Below, one piece after another: positions 63,401 to 64,000 of a DNA stretch of 64,000 bases. The notes beneath the pieces are model-generated. The model was not told the DNA's origin, searched no databases, and saw nothing but the letters and a program-made list of their open reading frames with translations. Every line of letters starts with the position of its first letter. The first letter of the stretch is position 1. The stretch lies in contig NC_135264.1 of assembly GCF_964204865.1 (NCBI RefSeq), positions 3,968,001 through 4,032,000 on the forward strand, in the 5' to 3' direction. Origin of the DNA: Styela clava (Eukaryota). The translations under genes and the position numbers were made by a program.

Positions 63401-64000
63401 GCTCGTAAAAGGTTTTCAGGAGTAATGCACTAAAAACAAACAAAAACAAAAACTGTAATAAAAAAGACATATGTTCTATATGTTTTTTTTCGATCCTTTT
63501 TTTATTCAACTTTTAAACATAAAATTAACTCAAAAATTAACTCATAACTGTAACTCAAATCTTTTTACTTGCAATTTTTAGTATTGCCCAAAATAATTCC
63601 TTATTTATTTACGCCATAAAAAATTGTCTGCGATCATCATGGAATATAAATAAATAATCATTGCGCACAGTGAAGAGAAATGCTATAAAAAAAACACAAA
63701 TAAGAAACATACTGAACAAATTTTTGTTTCGTCCACAGCAGATTAAGTGGAACAACGTAATAATTTAGGATATACTATTATAGGTATTAAATTGAGGAAT
63801 CCTGGATTCTTACATCGTTCAATATGTTTTCTATTTCTCCTTGATATTGGATGCTTTGCTTCAGTTTTTCCAACACGTTTGCTATACTTTCAGTATTCAT
63901 TTGAGTTCTATCAATCTCGCTCAAGAGTTTGAAAAAATTTTCCATATCATGCTCATGACCAACACCGACTTTATCATCGTGTTCACCAGCGTAACCATCT
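57465..64000 (-). CDS. LIV-1 subfamily ZIP zinc transporter (SLC39A12/SLC39A4-like); the 5' end lies outside the window
   Basis: Exons >64000-63814, 63429-63288, 63076-62955, 62639-62459, 62263-62127, 61702-61525, 61288-61119, 60750-60577, 60264-60109, 58620-58578, 58341-58189, 57918-57731 and 57602-57465 are phase-consistent. Motifs: [17 protein letters not shown], a His-rich loop, [14 protein letters not shown], the LIV-1 signature [24 protein letters not shown] and [10 protein letters not shown]. Confidence 0.93.
58940..59896 (+). mobile_element. Internally deleted hAT element of Buster/SPIN (GTF2IRD2-like) type in a ZIP intron
   Basis: TIRs caggggttggcaac / gtagccgacccctg with ggcccg subterminal motifs. 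It retains the transposase start [15 protein letters not shown] (~59443) and end [16 protein letters not shown] (~59637-59687). The TSD has decayed, and there is an internal ~40-bp direct repeat at 59288-59371. Confidence 0.75.

Overview
AT-rich eukaryotic (invertebrate animal) DNA with short GT-AG introns. The compact genes and repeat types suggest an ascidian-like chordate, but this is inference only. From left to right: (1) the last five coding exons of an AGFG1/HRB-type ArfGAP-FG/NPF endocytic adaptor (+, to 4711); (2) a complete type II transmembrane trypsin-like serine protease (-, 8506-19021) with a very long cytosolic N-terminus, no recognisable stem domains and, inside one intron, a second in-frame zymogen activation exon (R|IYGG...PWQ); (3) a gene-poor stretch holding a 3-exon, 127-aa prepropeptide-like gene (-, 29251-30039) that the ORF track does not assemble; (4) a very recent ~6.4-kb tandem duplication (40526-50285 / 50287-56711). 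Each unit carries two uninterrupted BACK-domain-only ORFs whose tails keep YxxM and IYxxID tyrosine motifs, one reading EPIYATIDD. Only copy 1 holds an intact 3.3-kb hAT transposon, and copy 2 shows the empty target site; (5) most of a LIV-1 subfamily ZIP (SLC39A4/12-like) zinc transporter (-, 57465 to beyond 64000). tRNA-derived SINEs, several MITEs, a LINE RT relic and minisatellites are interspersed. The most promising undescribed biology is the BACK plus phosphotyrosine-motif gene family, the double activation-site protease and the candidate peptide-hormone precursor. All gene models were spliced and translated by eye; no database searches were run.
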